Of a stretch of 64,000 bases of DNA, positions 1-13,717 are shown piece by piece (position 1 is the stretch's first letter; every line of letters begins with the position of its first letter). Position numbers and translations under genes: made by a program. The stretch comes from Camelus dromedarius (taxonomy: Eukaryota): the NCBI RefSeq assembly GCF_036321535.1, contig NC_087436.1:101062001-101126000 (forward strand). Direction: 5' to 3'. The notes below the pieces were generated by a model. It did no database searches, was not told the origin of the DNA, and saw only the letters and a list, made by a program, of their open reading frames with translations.

Positions 1-2108
1 GGTTTAGAGGTCACATAAATTATCACAACTTCTACTTCAAATATGGACTAGCAGCTGCATCTCAACCTGGATTCAGAGGATTCAAAGAAAGTTAAGTCTG
101 TACATTTCAAATTCATTAGAGGACTGGAACAATTTTATAAAAAGGTTTTTTTTAATACCTAGAAAGCTGATGACAAATTGTACTTGTATGTACAAGTATG
201 ATAACTGCCTTTTTCTTATCTTGCAGATTCATTTTTAAATTGCTTTTTTAAAATTTTAGAGAACTATATAACCACCCTCCTTTTTTTGAAAATACTGATA
301 TGATAACACTATTTATAATCTGCACCTTTGGAAATTAATCCTGAAATTAATGATAGTATGTTATTCTGATTTCAGAATACGCTCATTATCAAATATGTAT
401 AACAGAGGCAACCTATTAAAAAAAAAATCCCTGTCACCAAGTTTACTTATAGTTTCTAAGACCAGATGCATATTCAAAAATACATGAATAATAATAAAAA
501 CTTTATTTTATCCATTCTTAATTGTTAGATTGATTAAAAGGTAACCATCCCACCATAAAAGCAAATATTATGTTCCATAATCCGAAATATTTTAAAGTAT
601 TGGCCCTCCATCGACATCAGCAAAATCTCCTAAGTTACCACCTGCCCAATGATAATGGACTGCTTTCTTTGTTAGGGCAGTGGCCAATTTTTGAAAAAGG
701 AAAAGAAAAGAGGTGAACTTCAGGAGTATCTTATTATACACACTACTTGGAGTAAAGAAGAAAACGAACATCAGGGTAAGAATGCAGAAATGTCCCCCTT
801 GGAGTCCATTTCTTACAACTTTGTGACGACCCTGCCTTTATGAGGATTTCGTTTGCAGGAAGTTAGAGCCCTAAGGATGCTTCTGGAAAGAACTTCGGGT
901 TAAATCTCTTTCCCTGTTGAATGCTGCTCTGTGTCTTACAGACAACTTTATGGAGGACTTTAAATTTGCACCTTCCTTTTTAGTTTCAATAGTTTCTCCA
1001 TAAATTGTCTCCTTATCTGGAACTCACATATAGTTGTCTCCATCACATCAATTATTTCTGAATGGGCTGAAAGGCTTTTTTAGTTTTTGCAATTCACTTA
1101 GTTACGTCCATCAGACAGACTTCTAATGACTCTTTTTGTCAGTCATAAAGCACTGAAACAGTCATGGAGCAGGACATGGCTGTATTATAAGGAGCCCTGC
1201 TTTGGCTTTTTATTTTTAAAGAGGAGTTATCTCAGACTGTGAGATCTTTCCTCGCAAATGAACAGGAACTTGATTAATCTGCAAACATTTTCAACCGGTG
1301 TCAGTGGCAACTGAACAAACATATCTAGGATTCCATAGGGAATTAGCTGGACTGTGTCTGGCAGAATCTTCAAACAAACCTTAATGAGGTCTTTTAACTT
1401 TTTAAGGGCATATTCCTTTGCTAACGTTTCAAGATTCTTCCGTACTTCAAACTGCCCTTCTTTCTTTCAAGTCAATAGCAGATGAAAGGGGAGTAAAAAA
1501 GAAACATGTTGAGACATTTGTATTAGTTAATTAAAACTCTCATTTGGGGAAGGAGAAGTTAAATAACTGTATTTATTTCTTTTGACTTACATGCAATTAC
1601 AAAATGTCATTAATTTTGACAGTACTGTGTATGTTTGTCCTGAAAAAAGCCAAGAATGCAGGTTATACTTTATTGTTCTTAGCCCACTAGGTCACAAACT
1701 ATTTAACACTGCAGAAGAACAACGACGAGAGTATTAAAACAGAAGCCACTATGTGCCGGGGAAGTGCTATTCATTTTACTGGTGTCACTTCTCCTCGCGT
1801 ACGGATCATGTTAATATTTCGATTTTAAAATGAGAAAAAAATAAATTTAATATTCAAACTACTGCAAGAACTAATCTAGCCTGAAAATACAAACTGGTTT
1901 CCTATTTTTTTTTTCTCTAATGAAAATATCAGAAAACAGAACAGCCCAAACCTAAAACTCTTAGTAAATGTAGGCAAACATCGTTTTCTTCTGAAAAACT
2001 CCTAAAAAGATAGTGTGCTCTAAAACATGAAGTGTGGGTCCTTAGTATTGTGCACACATCGTTTGATCTATGTTTTGCTCTTTTTTGCTGGCTTCTATTA
2101 AACCTAGT

Positions 2109-2375
2109 CAAGGATTTGGCAAACTTTTTGATAAAGGGCCCGAAAGTGAATCTTTCAGGCCTTATAGGTCAGAGGTCTCTTTTTTCTCTGTCACCCCTAC
2201 TTATTCTGACATTGTCTTGAAAAAGAACCCACTGAAGATGCATAAATGAATGACAAGAGCTAAGTCCCAATAACACTTTATTTATGGAAATGGGAATTTC
2301 AATTTCACGTAACTTTCCCAATTCATAAACTGCTGTTTAAAAATTATTTTCAACCATAATAAAATGTAAAAACTC
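2109..2375 (+). mobile_element. MER58B-like hAT-Charlie non-autonomous DNA transposon, 3'-truncated
   Basis: Begins caaggatttggcaaactttttgataaagggcccgaaagtgaatctttcaggc and contains ccaataacactttatttatgga...ttttcaaccat..aaaatgtaaaaac, matching the recalled MER58 consensus. Confidence 0.8.
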
Positions 2376-2579
2376 AAATATAAAAAATACAACTTTTCTG
2401 TTGTGTTAACATTTTTTAAAATGAAAAGAGTTCTCAACTAGTGTATAAAGTCCTCTCAAACAGTGTGTATCCATTATACTTCTGTTTCAGTAACAGTGCA
2501 TTGAACATAGTTTAGATTCAATTGTCATTTATTATCATGGTTTACTATTTCTTGTTCTTTTTGGAAATAACTCTGACCT

Positions 2580-2720
2580 GAGGGATCAGGAGACCTGGAG
2601 TCCAGTACTTGCTCTGATACTAAGAGTAAAATCTGGGGGAAAGATTAATCTTTCAGCTTTAGCATTTCAACTTTAAAATAAAGTAGTTATAACAGATGGT
2701 ATTTAATATCCTTTACATTC
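2580..2720 (+). mobile_element. Degenerate MIR SINE fragment
   Basis: caggagacctggagtccagtacttgctctgatactaa resembles the MIR head/core. Confidence 0.5.
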
Positions 2721-3382
2721 CTTAATTACCTGAAACTTTTAGAAGATAGGTTTGTTGAATCAGTGAATACATGATTGAAATCAATGATTTTGAAAGTAGA
2801 CTCTGCTCATCCATTAAGAAATTCCTTTGTGCACTGCATGGTCTTGAAAACATTAGTGCAACTTGGAATGCATTTACTCATGAAATGAAAACCATGAACA
2901 AAAATACACATAATAACCAAACATTTTAGTCAATTACCTCAATGAAAAGCTACAAAGACGGCTTTAACATCTTTGTAAAAGACATTTGTGAAAAAGCAAA
3001 GACATTCTCTGGAATGTCAGCTCCACGGAACATGTTCTTCCCTAGCCTGTGAAACCACCTCTTCTGTGATTTCTTCTTTGACTCAACCACATAAAAATGT
3101 TCAGCTGCATTCCTACTGTGCGCTAGAGGCTGTAAGGTCACATTCATCTCTTAAATGCATGATTCCAATAGTAGAGGTTAGTAAAGTTGGTATGAAATTG
3201 AGTGGTGAAAGCAAACTGGGCCACTGACTGGATTTCACCTCCCATTTCCTTTGAGACCCTACATATTCCCTTGTAAGCTTCTATGTTTACGGGCACAGAG
3301 AAACAGGAAGGCAGAGGGAGGCCTAGTTAGGAAAAGAGAATATTGACAGGCAACTAATGAGAAAAAGACTATCTTTGCAATG

Positions 3383-3440
3383 ACATTCAATCCAGCAAAG
3401 ACTTATTAAACACTTGCTTTGTGCCTACCACTGTGCCAAA
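3383..3440 (-). mobile_element. L2 3'-end fragment
   Basis: ttcaatccagcaaagacttattaaacacttgctttgtgcctaccactgtgc is a typical reverse L2 terminus. Confidence 0.55.
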
Positions 3441-4383
3441 AAGTCAACATGCTGCGAATTGAGAGATTAAGCTTGGTTGGGCAAGTGTAGATTAATCGTA
3501 CAAAAGCACTCAGAGAATACAAGCAAAGGTTTCTTTTTCTTTCCTTTTTGCTATTGTGATAATCATCAAAAGCTCAGTTCATAAGCCTCTTGGTTGCTTT
3601 GCATGACTACTCTACACACCCATGGAGTTCCAGAAGCAGCTGAATGAGGTCGATAAACCTCTGCCTTAAACTACACAGTTGGAGTCAGTCTGCAGCGGTT
3701 CAAGGGAGCAATGCAGAACTCCAAGCAGAACTGCAAAAGAGCTGCCCAGGTTTCCAACCACTAAAACACTAAAAATGAACAAATAAACAACCACAAGGAC
3801 AAAAAATCGCCTTTAAACAGCTACCTCCTAAAATACGGGGAAGCTGAGAAGCAAGCCCGCCTCACAGGCACCTGAATCAGCCCTCCACACTGAAAGGAAT
3901 GAAAATGAAACTTGCGTTCTAGGATCCACTCAAACAGATGCTTCACATTTTTCTCTTTTTTTTTTTCTTTTCTATCCTAGGCATTTCACCCGAACTGCAC
4001 CTGGTAAAATCTGTTTGGGAAACTATATACGTTGAAAAACATTGGGTTTTCATATTCTACGGAATGAAGGACTGTGTCCTTAAGCAGCTTTTCTTGGTCT
4101 GGATGGAATCAGGATACACAAATGGAATAAGGCTCTGAAGTGTTCAGCTCAAGATTTAGTTCTTAAATTGAGTTGAAACCTAACTAACTCAAACCAGAAT
4201 CTTCTGCTACCCAGGTAAACCCACTTCTCCTCTGCCATCCCTGCCACTTACTTGTTTCATCTATTTGTCAAAAAAGAACAGCTACCAGTGTCCCTAAGGA
4301 AGAATATATTCTTTGTCCCGTGTATGCTCATTTTCATTTCTTAATACAAGTCAAATGACTCCAGGAAAATCAGTGACAGTGGG

Positions 4384-4898
4384 TTTGGAAGGCAGAAAAG
4401 TGGACCCCAATCATGTCCACGTCCTAATCCCTGGAACCTATGAATAGGGGACCTTACATGCAAAGGGGAGTTTAAGACTGCAGATAGAATTAAGATTGCT
4501 AATCAACGGACCTTACAATACAGAAATTACTTTGGATTATCTGGGTGAGCCCAAGGTAATCACAGGGCTCTTAAAAGGAGACAGGGAAGGCAGAAAAGGA
4601 GGTCAGCATAACGCAATGTGAGAAGATCTAAACTCACCTTCCTGAGCTTTGAAGAAAGAGGAAGTGGCCACATGCCAAGGAAAGGTGGTGGCCTCTAGAC
4701 ACTATTAAAGGTAAGGAAGAGAGTAGATTTTCTTCTAGAGCCTCCAGCATTAATATTACCTTACCAACCCCTTGCTTTTAGCCCAGGGAAACCCATTTTG
4801 GATTTTTGACATCAAAAATTATAAGTTAAAAAATCAGCATAGTTTTAAAGCATTAAATTCTTGGCAATTTGTGACAGCAGCAAGAGGAAATGCATCCA
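4384..4898 (+). mobile_element. MLT1D/E-type MaLR solo LTR
   Basis: Runs tttggaaggcagaa...atgtccacgtcctaatccctggaacctatgaata...ttcttctagagcctccag...ggcaatttgtgacagcagcaagaggaaatgcatcca. Perfect 5-bp TSD GTGGG at 4379-4383 and 4899-4903. Confidence 0.9.
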
Positions 4899-5329
4899 GT
4901 GGGACATGGAGCACCTGAGACATGATGGGGAGAAAAGAGAAGTAAAGCAGTTGGGCCCAGGCTTCCCACTTATGGCAGAGGGTAAAGTCATCACTCAGGT
5001 GTAAATTGATTTTCCATTCCTGAATCACCCCACCAGTAGGGCATTGAGAACCAGCATGGAATTCTAATAACTAGACTGATTTCATAACACACTCAAATAC
5101 ATTGTTTTATATTTTATGTTGAAAGTGTTTAGTAAGTGTCAAAATGTTAAAATAATCTTTAAAATCTATTTTCACATTTATTTTTCTCTTAATACAGTGA
5201 AAGAACCAATATCAAGCAAAACAAAATCAAGTGGACCTGGTCTCTGTCGACTCATCCATGTGGGGAAAACCACTTCAAATTTATATTTCGATCAGATAAC
5301 TATGTTGTATTTGGGGAAACCCCTGGACT

Positions 5330-5530
5330 TTCAAATCTGGAAACCAGAATTTATTTTTCTGACAGCAAAGAGAAGTTGAACAAGCTTGGGCCACTGACTT
5401 AATTCTTCCAAGCCAGGTTTCAACTTTTGTAAATACAAATGCTGATTTCTCCATTTTAAAAAATGCAATGAAAATCCAATTTGATCTTGTAAGTGAAACA
5501 GATTTTACATTGTAGAGTGTTCTATAAATG
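5330..5530 (+). mobile_element. Degenerate MIR SINE
   Basis: cttgggccactgacttaattcttccaagccaggtttcaacttttgtaaat resembles the MIR core. Confidence 0.5.
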
Positions 5531-6959
5531 ATAATGGTGAATTGAACTCAAAATTGTGTCTACAAGGCCGAAGATTTAGAGAGCTGATACAGGCACTAAA
5601 AGAAATTCCATGAACTTGGAAGAAATGAATCCGTCCCACCAGGCTAACATAAAAAAAATGATAATGAATGTCTTGATTTTCAAGAATAGCCTCAGCTACA
5701 CTAGAGAGAGTTAATAAATCCTAATTGGTGCCTAATTGGAGTTACCATATTTGTAGATATTGCCTCATATCTGCTACTTTCTTTCTTATTTCTTCTTTGT
5801 TTTATACTTGTGCATTGAAGACACTTTCTAGGAGGATGAATTCTTTGTATAAAAACTTGAGACGTTCAGAAGAAAGGAGGAAAATAAATTCGCCAAATAA
5901 ATAATAAGTAAGCATGCTGGCATTTCACGACTCTTTAGGGAAATGAAGATACTCACAACTTGACCCTTATGTGAGGACTCAAATGTGATTCTTGTGCAGT
6001 AGGGCAGGTAGTCAGAAACTGACTGGAGGTTAATTTTCAGCCATAATTTGAAAGTGTAACTAATATTACCCAATATTTGCCATATATCATTTCGATATTA
6101 AATGCCACAAGAGCAACTTATTTAAATCACCACCTCCTTGAGAAAAATGGTTGCATTCTTAAGCTTATAGAAAAGAGACATTTTTAAGTATGAGGGAAAA
6201 AACAAGTCCATAAGGCAATTACATCATATTTTAGTAGTAGTACTACTTCTACTGGGCTTTCCAAGCCTGTTTACATTTCATATTTATAAGATACATGGGG
6301 AACCTTATCTAAAATAAAATACTTTTATTCTTTCTTTTTTTTTTTATCTTATGACCTTTTTCAAGTTTCTGATTCTTTTTCACACAACTTTATATACATT
6401 GATATTTTGTACACATTGCTTCACTGATATCTTAACATTCACTTTAGAAGCGCTAAAATGATAACACTTTGAGTACCCATGATTTGTGAAACTCATTATA
6501 GCTTATTAAAGTTTTTGAATCACCAGTGCTCCTGCCCCTTGGATCTCATTATACACATTTTTTGTATTAAGAAATAAAATTAATAATAAACCATGCAATT
6601 AAGTCAACTCATATTCTGGAGGAAACAAGACAGTCATGGGGAGCCTTTTTTTTAATGTTTAACTTCAGTTTTTTTTTTAATGACAACTGCTTATGATGGC
6701 AGATTGTGAATAACTAGAGATGGCATGTATTACCTTCATCTCGTTTGACAGGGAACCCTGAAGCAAAACAGAGATACTTTGCTGAGCGAGAAACTCACAT
6801 ATTGCAACTGATCAATGGAAAGAGAAACCTTTCTAGGGGGCAATCAGTATTTGGTAGCAGACATTTCCCAGAACACACTGGAAGAAGGCAAAGCCTCCTT
6901 AATGATATAGCTGATAAAATGTCTGTACTTGAACCCATAGTGATATTCCCTAACACTCA

Positions 6960-7100
6960 TTGATTGCTTATCACGTGTCCATTCAAAGCTTATTTAATTT
7001 TCACAATAGCACTATGGGGTAGGTGCTGAAACCAATATCCATGGAGGTCACTTGCCCAGAGTCACACAGTTGCTAAGTGATCCATGAGTTGGTTCTTAAC
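6960..7100 (-). mobile_element. MIR SINE
   Basis: tatttaattttcacaatagcactatggggtagg...gtcacttgcccagagtcacacagttgctaagtg. Confidence 0.75.
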
Positions 7101-8749
7101 TCAGTTATTACTCAAGTAGTAGCTTGGCCTTGATTGACCCCCGAGAAATTGACAAACAGACACTGACTTCTGCATAGATTCACAAGAGCACTGGCTTAAC
7201 TAACTCATATTCTTGCACAGATTACTTAAAAGTACAGGATGGTAGAACCTGGACTACACAAGAAAGCAAGGCCTGAGGAGAATAAAATCAATTATTTCAG
7301 CCACTTCTGATAAGAGTTCCTTAGGCTGAAAATTAGATACTCAGATTTGACAAGACATATAGTTTACTTTTTACCATGTGGGGTTTAAGTAATTTTCTTA
7401 AAGTCTAATGAACCATCCTGCTTTGTTTTGCCCCGGTGAGCTGTGCAGCTTTGCTTGTGCATGTGAACTACCTTAAAGAATACTGACACTTGGACTACAT
7501 CTCAAAATTATTTTGGGAGAGAGTTCAGCATTGAGGCCAGCAGGGTTGAAAATCCACTCTAATCGTAAAATAAAATGGAAAATCATTCTAATTTCACTCT
7601 GCCTTGGCTGCCAGGAATCTCAGCCTTCAATCTCATCTATTTATAAGCCCAAGTAGGGCAGGTATATTTCCTCATTCTTCTCTCTATGTCGTTTTTGAGG
7701 TATTACTTCTATTTTAATGTCTCATTGTAAATTTGTTTTATCATAAATTACTCCAAACCCTTTTGGAAGCAGATGGCCTACATTTTGAAGATGATTACAG
7801 AAAAACTTAAAATGAGTGTTTCTTATCATTCACTTTATCTACTTTGGGAAAATAAATGACTTGGGTGTTATTTTCTAAAAGCTATAATACATTCTAGAGA
7901 AAGTAATTTGTAATTAAAATCAGCCATGCTTGGGGTTTTGTTCAAAAACAAGAAGACTAAGAGAGTTTTATTTATTCATTAGTATGGGGATGATCAACAT
8001 GCCACTAAAAACACAAGCAAATTCATCTTCATGAAGTTATCTAATACTTGTCATAAGACATGCAGGACATATTACACTCCTCAATCAGCAATTAGTCTTA
8101 TACGGCTAGTGATAACTCTATTTTTCATCATTACAAATGTATATTGCTAGTCATCACTTTATTTCTATACAATAATTTACTAGGTCTTCCTTTAAGACTA
8201 GGACATCACTGGCAGCTTTATGAAGCATTTCTAAAACCATGTCTTTAGTTCCGCTTCCTCCTTTTGACATTTTTTATGCCATAATTTTTTCACTTTCTTT
8301 TTCTCCCAAATTTCTCATGTCATTCTACTAACACATTGCATCACCCATCCAGGACACATTACCCTTGCTCTGTCCTGTGACCTCTGTGCTTCTATTTGTG
8401 ACTACCCGTGGTATTCATATAATGACAACCAGAATGCATTGTCTTCTAGATGGTGCATTGCTCCCCTCAGATAACACAGTACCACTAATTAAAATACTTG
8501 GTGCCTTAAGAAAATCTTTCAGGAGTGATGTAAATGTCAAAAATTTCATACTTAAGGATTATGAGACATTTGAAGAAGGAGATTAAAGTCCCAAATTCAT
8601 AACTATTCCATCGATTCTTCTTTCAGCTAGAAAAAGGACTGGACTTAAAGTTGACACATAAACTTTCTCATTTCAGTAACAATTCAAAAATATTTCTTGG
8701 ATCCCTACTTTGCTCACATGAGCTTTAATACTTACAAGCTCTATGCTCT

Positions 8750-8890
8750 AAGGCAAGGTACTGAATTCCTGGAAGCCTCAGTTTCCTAATCTCTAACATG
8801 GGGGAAAACTGGGAGCACTTACAACACAGTATGACTATGAGATGTAAGTTACACAATCCAGTGAGTCCTAATCTCCAGTGTGCATGGCAA
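8750..8890 (+). mobile_element. MIR SINE
   Basis: gcctcagtttcctaatctctaacatggggg core. Confidence 0.7.
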
Positions 8891-9809
8891 TTATGTGAGG
8901 AATTGTTCAGTTCTCAAAAGCCCCCGGACCCCAAATTAAGAAAATCTGTTTAGGAAAAAAAAACAAACATGATTGTGATGCACACCAAACTTTGAGAATC
9001 TCTGATATAAACCGTGTAGAACTCTGAGCACATCATTTGTTTTATTAATGTTACAACTGTTACCTGTCTTACCATGATTCTAACACTGAGATCCTCCTTA
9101 CAGTAGGCAATGAAGTGGCAGTCAGGCCCACCCATCATCAGGAAATTTAGTTACAGTAAAAACCAACACCAAGAATTGCAGCCATTCATTGCTCTCCTAC
9201 CCCTACCCACAAACAAATGCATTTGGTGGAGAGTTGGTGAAAGATGGCAGAGTAATAGAGTCAGAGTCGAGTGGATTCTGTTCTAGAAAGGGTCCAGGGA
9301 AAGTAAGGATACATTTTGAAAGATGGAGGCAACAGAAGAGGCAAATCCAAAAAAGGGACATAATGGGAATGACCAGATGACTCAGCCTCGTCCTGGCTGG
9401 TATGCCACTGCTTCCCACTGGCTAAAAGACCTAACAGGACGCAGCAGCAGACGAGGGAGCTCCTACCTCACACGGGGCAGCTCAGATGGGATCGGCCTTA
9501 CTGGAGGGACCTACATCTTGTAAGATAGCTTTAAGGAGCTGGAGATAATAAAGCCATGGAAAATTAGGGAAGGAGGGATTATTTAAACAGAAAGAACAAA
9601 AATTGACATGTACGCAAAGTACGTGAGTTTGGAAAGTCAAAGTAAGGGCAATTTTTATCCTTTAATTCTGGAATACTGAAATACTACAAGGGCCTTTTTT
9701 TAGAAAAGTAAGTTTATCTATTTTCAAAGCGGAGGGGATAGGAATATCTTAGAGTTTGCATTGTTCTAAATAGTCATTCTCTAAATCTATAGTGTAAGAG
9801 AATTCTCAG

Positions 9810-9889
9810 TAGTGGCTTTCAAAGTTGTTTTTTTAAATCACTACGAACAGTAGGAAATCAATGTTGCATTCCTATCCTGTATGTACAAG

Positions 9890-9924
<35 letters not shown>

Positions 9925-10112
9925 CAAAGGGAAGCTTGACAAAACAACATTTTTCTTTACTGTATGCAGTATAACTTGATATATATTACATATTTTAACC
10001 ATATTCCATCTCATTTTATTCTCCTCATTAATTAAAAAAAATGCTTGTTAAGACTCACTAAATTGATTTTATGCCCCATTACTGGGTCTTAATTACAGTG
10101 TGAGAAAAAATG
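9810..10112. mobile_element. hAT-Charlie (Charlie4a/4z-like) element carrying an internal (CA)n
   Basis: Ends actcactaaattgattttatgccccattactgggtcttaattacagtgtgagaaaaaatg, the reverse of the recalled Charlie4 terminus. Begins agtggctttcaaagtt. Confidence 0.6.
9893..9922. repeat. (AC)15 microsatellite
   Basis: Seen directly. Confidence 0.95.
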
Positions 10113-10117
10113 GCATT

Positions 10118-10235
10118 TGTTAAAAATGGATATTTCAACTCCACCTTTACCGCAAGATATGCATTTAATTGCTCTGGGGGTAAGAGTCAGGAATGTGCAC
10201 TTTATAAAGGCCTTAGGTGATTCCGGTTTCTTAAA
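10118..10235. mobile_element. MER5-like hAT fragment
   Basis: ctggggg..agtcaggaatgtgcactttataaaggccttaggtgattc matches the MER5 internal motif. Confidence 0.55.
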
Positions 10236-13200
10236 AACTGAATTATGGAGTTAAAAACGGCAGCCGCATATAGTTGATCTCACCTTCCCCTCATACCTCC
10301 TACCTTCCTGCTCCTTTCCGTTTCTCTACTATAAACCAGAACTGAATTTGACATTAGACCGGACTCAGTCCATGCCTGGCACCACATTTAACAGATGGAT
10401 AAACTGAGGCCCTAGAGGGTGAGTGCCAGACAAATTCACAGCCCCCTTCAGATTTTCCTGGATTTTAAATTCCTTCAGGTTTTGCATGGATCTCAGAGTT
10501 CAATTCAATAAGAACAAAACCCAAAAAACAAAAACAAAAATAAAAAAACACAAAAAACTCTACAGATGCAATTTATGGTTTACATGATGCAGAGTTTTTT
10601 GCCCCCTGAGGCTACTTTTATGCTAAGAAAATAGGCACATATTAAACCAGTTTGACTGAACTCTGCTTTTAACACGTATTTATCTTATTGAAAATTGGAA
10701 AACTTAGCTTCTCAGTTTTCTTATTAGAGTTCAACTACAGATGTACCTTTTTGGGAAAAGAGGACATTTCTAATGTACTCTGGAGTTGCATGAGTAAAGA
10801 GGGCCATTACAGGACTGAGAGCTGATTTTACCAAGTTGTAAAGATATTTCCTATTATTGCCTAAGAAGCATATATATTGTATTAATTGGCTAAAATTCAA
10901 AATGATTCCTCAATAAAACCAGAAGCAATTTTGCTACCATTCCCATGGTAGCAAAATTAAAAGTAAAAAAAAAAAAAAAAAATTTAATTTGTGTGCAGCA
11001 TTGACATATATGACTGTTTCAGAGGAATAAACAATTATGTGTTTTAATTAGCTTTGCCTGATGATATTTACTCTCTATCATCAAAAGCAAAATGATGAAC
11101 TCACACAGCTTCTGTCAAAGAATTTAGGAATCACAGAAGCTTACCACTCTTTTAAAAGTCTATAATCGATAGAAATATTCCTAACTAATATCCACATCAA
11201 ATACCTTTGTATGATCTTATTAAAACATTTATATTAATCAGTTATTTTACATTAATAGAGGAGATAACTATGTAGCTTAAGAAATATTTTCCATTTTTTA
11301 AAATAATCTTAAAAAAACTTCCAGAAATACTTTGGCATCGATATAGAAAATATGTCAAGTTAGTGAACCACTCACTCCTATGGTTTAGTGGGCTGTAATG
11401 TGAAATATTGTTGACTGAATAAAATAACAAGTAAGGGAATGGTTTTTAAATTTCATATCTTTAAGCCCTTTAGATATTTGCATTATCTCTTAAAAAGGAG
11501 ATTCTGAGGCAATTTAGTGTTAAAAACAAGAGGACTGGCAGGAGGTAGGAGAACAAAGGGAAGCACTTGGCTAAAGTTTCCAGAGCATACCGATCTTCCT
11601 GTTCCTGCAAAGTGTAAACTGCAAATACTTTACATGTTTTTGCTTTAAAAAGTAAGCATATGAAGTCAGTATAATGACACGATTAGTTATTAGTACAAGA
11701 TATAGTAAATATTTTGAAGAAATAAAACTTCATTTCAAACTTCTTTATCAAATTTTTCACTTCTTCATTAAAATTTTCCACACAATTAGTCTGAATTAGT
11801 GTGGTTTTACTGCACCTAATTTGTTAAATTAGTGTCTCAATCACTCATCATCTGTAAGACTAAAAGGAAAAAAAAAATTTCTTTGCTCCAGTGATGAAGC
11901 TTGTACTATATATTCAAAGTATACAAAGTTCATATAGTTTGTTATTTTTATCATCGTGGTGGGTTAGAGCCTGAGTGGTGGGGAACATTTATAGAAACAA
12001 ACCATTGAGAATCAGTTGGATTAGATTGGAAACCATTGGAATAGCTGTCCAGATGAACAAAGGCAATCAAGCTGCATTGGAATAAATAAATATTTCAACG
12101 GATAACATTTTATGTTTTGTTTAGTTGCCAACCTCACAGCAAAAATTTAGTGCCAGTTCAAATCCATATAACTAAATGGTAAATTAAATGCTCTCTAGAC
12201 ATACCAAATTTATAGTCCAAAATGCAAATATAACTGGATTTAGTCAGAAGTTGTTTATGATGTAGTGAAAGGGAGAAAAAAAATGTCATTGGAATATTTA
12301 GAATTATGTCATGGAGTTCAGAAACAATGATCACTGCAACTCATTACTGCTTCTGTAGGGAAAATCATTCTTGTCTATAAGATTGTATGGAACCCTCTGA
12401 ATACATTGACTCAGAGTTCTGTGTAGGATGCATTAGATGAAATGGGGAAAAAATCAAGCATCAATAGAGTTTTGAATTATTGATATGTTCATTGCACAAA
12501 GCAGACAGCGCTGTTGCCTGCGTCGCTCCATGCGCTCAGCGTTGCTCTGAATGGGTTTACTGTCATTTAGGTACATTTGTCACATAAATTGAGTCTGAGT
12601 AAGTTGACAAAGCCAGTCCTTAGAGCAACTGGCATCGGTGTTCTTCTTTTTTTGAGGGGAGGGGTGTATTTTCCATCACCTTGGATGGTCTGCAAGTAGC
12701 AAAGTAGGAAATGACTTTCTCAAGCTTTTACCACTGTTTATCTGAAAAAAGAAGTGTTCTCTCTCTTCTTGGGAGCAAAATAAATAAGGGAAAATAGCAT
12801 TCATGGTGAGAGAGCAGGTGAGAGAAGGGTAAGATAGACACTCCTGTGAGAAACAGCTATACTCTGTCCCACATTAGAATATATCACATGTTCCTGTACC
12901 CAAACTATTTATAAGGTGTTTATTTTTTAAACATCACTTGCACTTTCTGGTAACTTTACATAAGATACATAAGTACATCTATTGCTTTACATAGCTGAGA
13001 TCATAGGTCACGGGTATTATAGATCAATGAACAAGGAGGTATGTTAAAATGCTCAAACATACACAGATTATGCACTGCATGTTTTCCTAAATAGACTGCA
13101 AGATTCTCTAAGATACTAGATTTTGTCTTCTTTTGTATCCTCCACAGCTATTGGCACAAAGTTGGTCCTTGTTATTTTTGCTGAAATTGTCATGTTCACA

Positions 13201-13357
13201 TTGAAAATATAACTGTTTAAATTTAAAAATATATATTGATTTAAAATTCTATAAAGAGAGAAGCTATATATATTCTCCTGGTATAAAAAGATGAAACTGA
13301 TGCATGACATAATACTATAACAAAAATAAAATAACAATATAATAAAAATAAGTATAA

Positions 13358-13570
13358 TTTATTTAGCACCTACCAACTTGCTAAATATAATGCTAGAGGT
13401 TTTACATATGTTGCTTCATTTACTTCTCACAAGAACCATATGGCTTATGAGTTATTACCTCCACTTTATAGAGAACGAATCTGAGTTCCAGGGAGGTGAA
13501 CAACCTTCCAACACTCAAACAGAAAGGGGCAGAGCCACAATGTAAAGCCAGGGTCTGGATCATTCTACTC
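13358..13570 (-). mobile_element. MIR SINE
   Basis: tttatttagcacctacc...ttcatttacttctcacaagaacc...ccactttatagagaacgaatctgagttccagggaggtgaacaacctt. Confidence 0.8.
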
Positions 13571-13717
13571 TTGGAGTTGTTTTTTCATCTAGTAGTAACT
13601 GTGTGATCCATATTAAAACATCTGTATTTTTTCATCAAATATTTCTGGTGACCAATGCTTATGTTAGCAAGATCATATATTCACATTAAACAATGAAGTT
13701 GTGACTTCAAAATCTTC

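Noticed and set aside
10927..10982. Rho-independent terminator
   Set aside because: The DNA is mammalian, and the T-tract lies upstream of the hairpin on the - strand.
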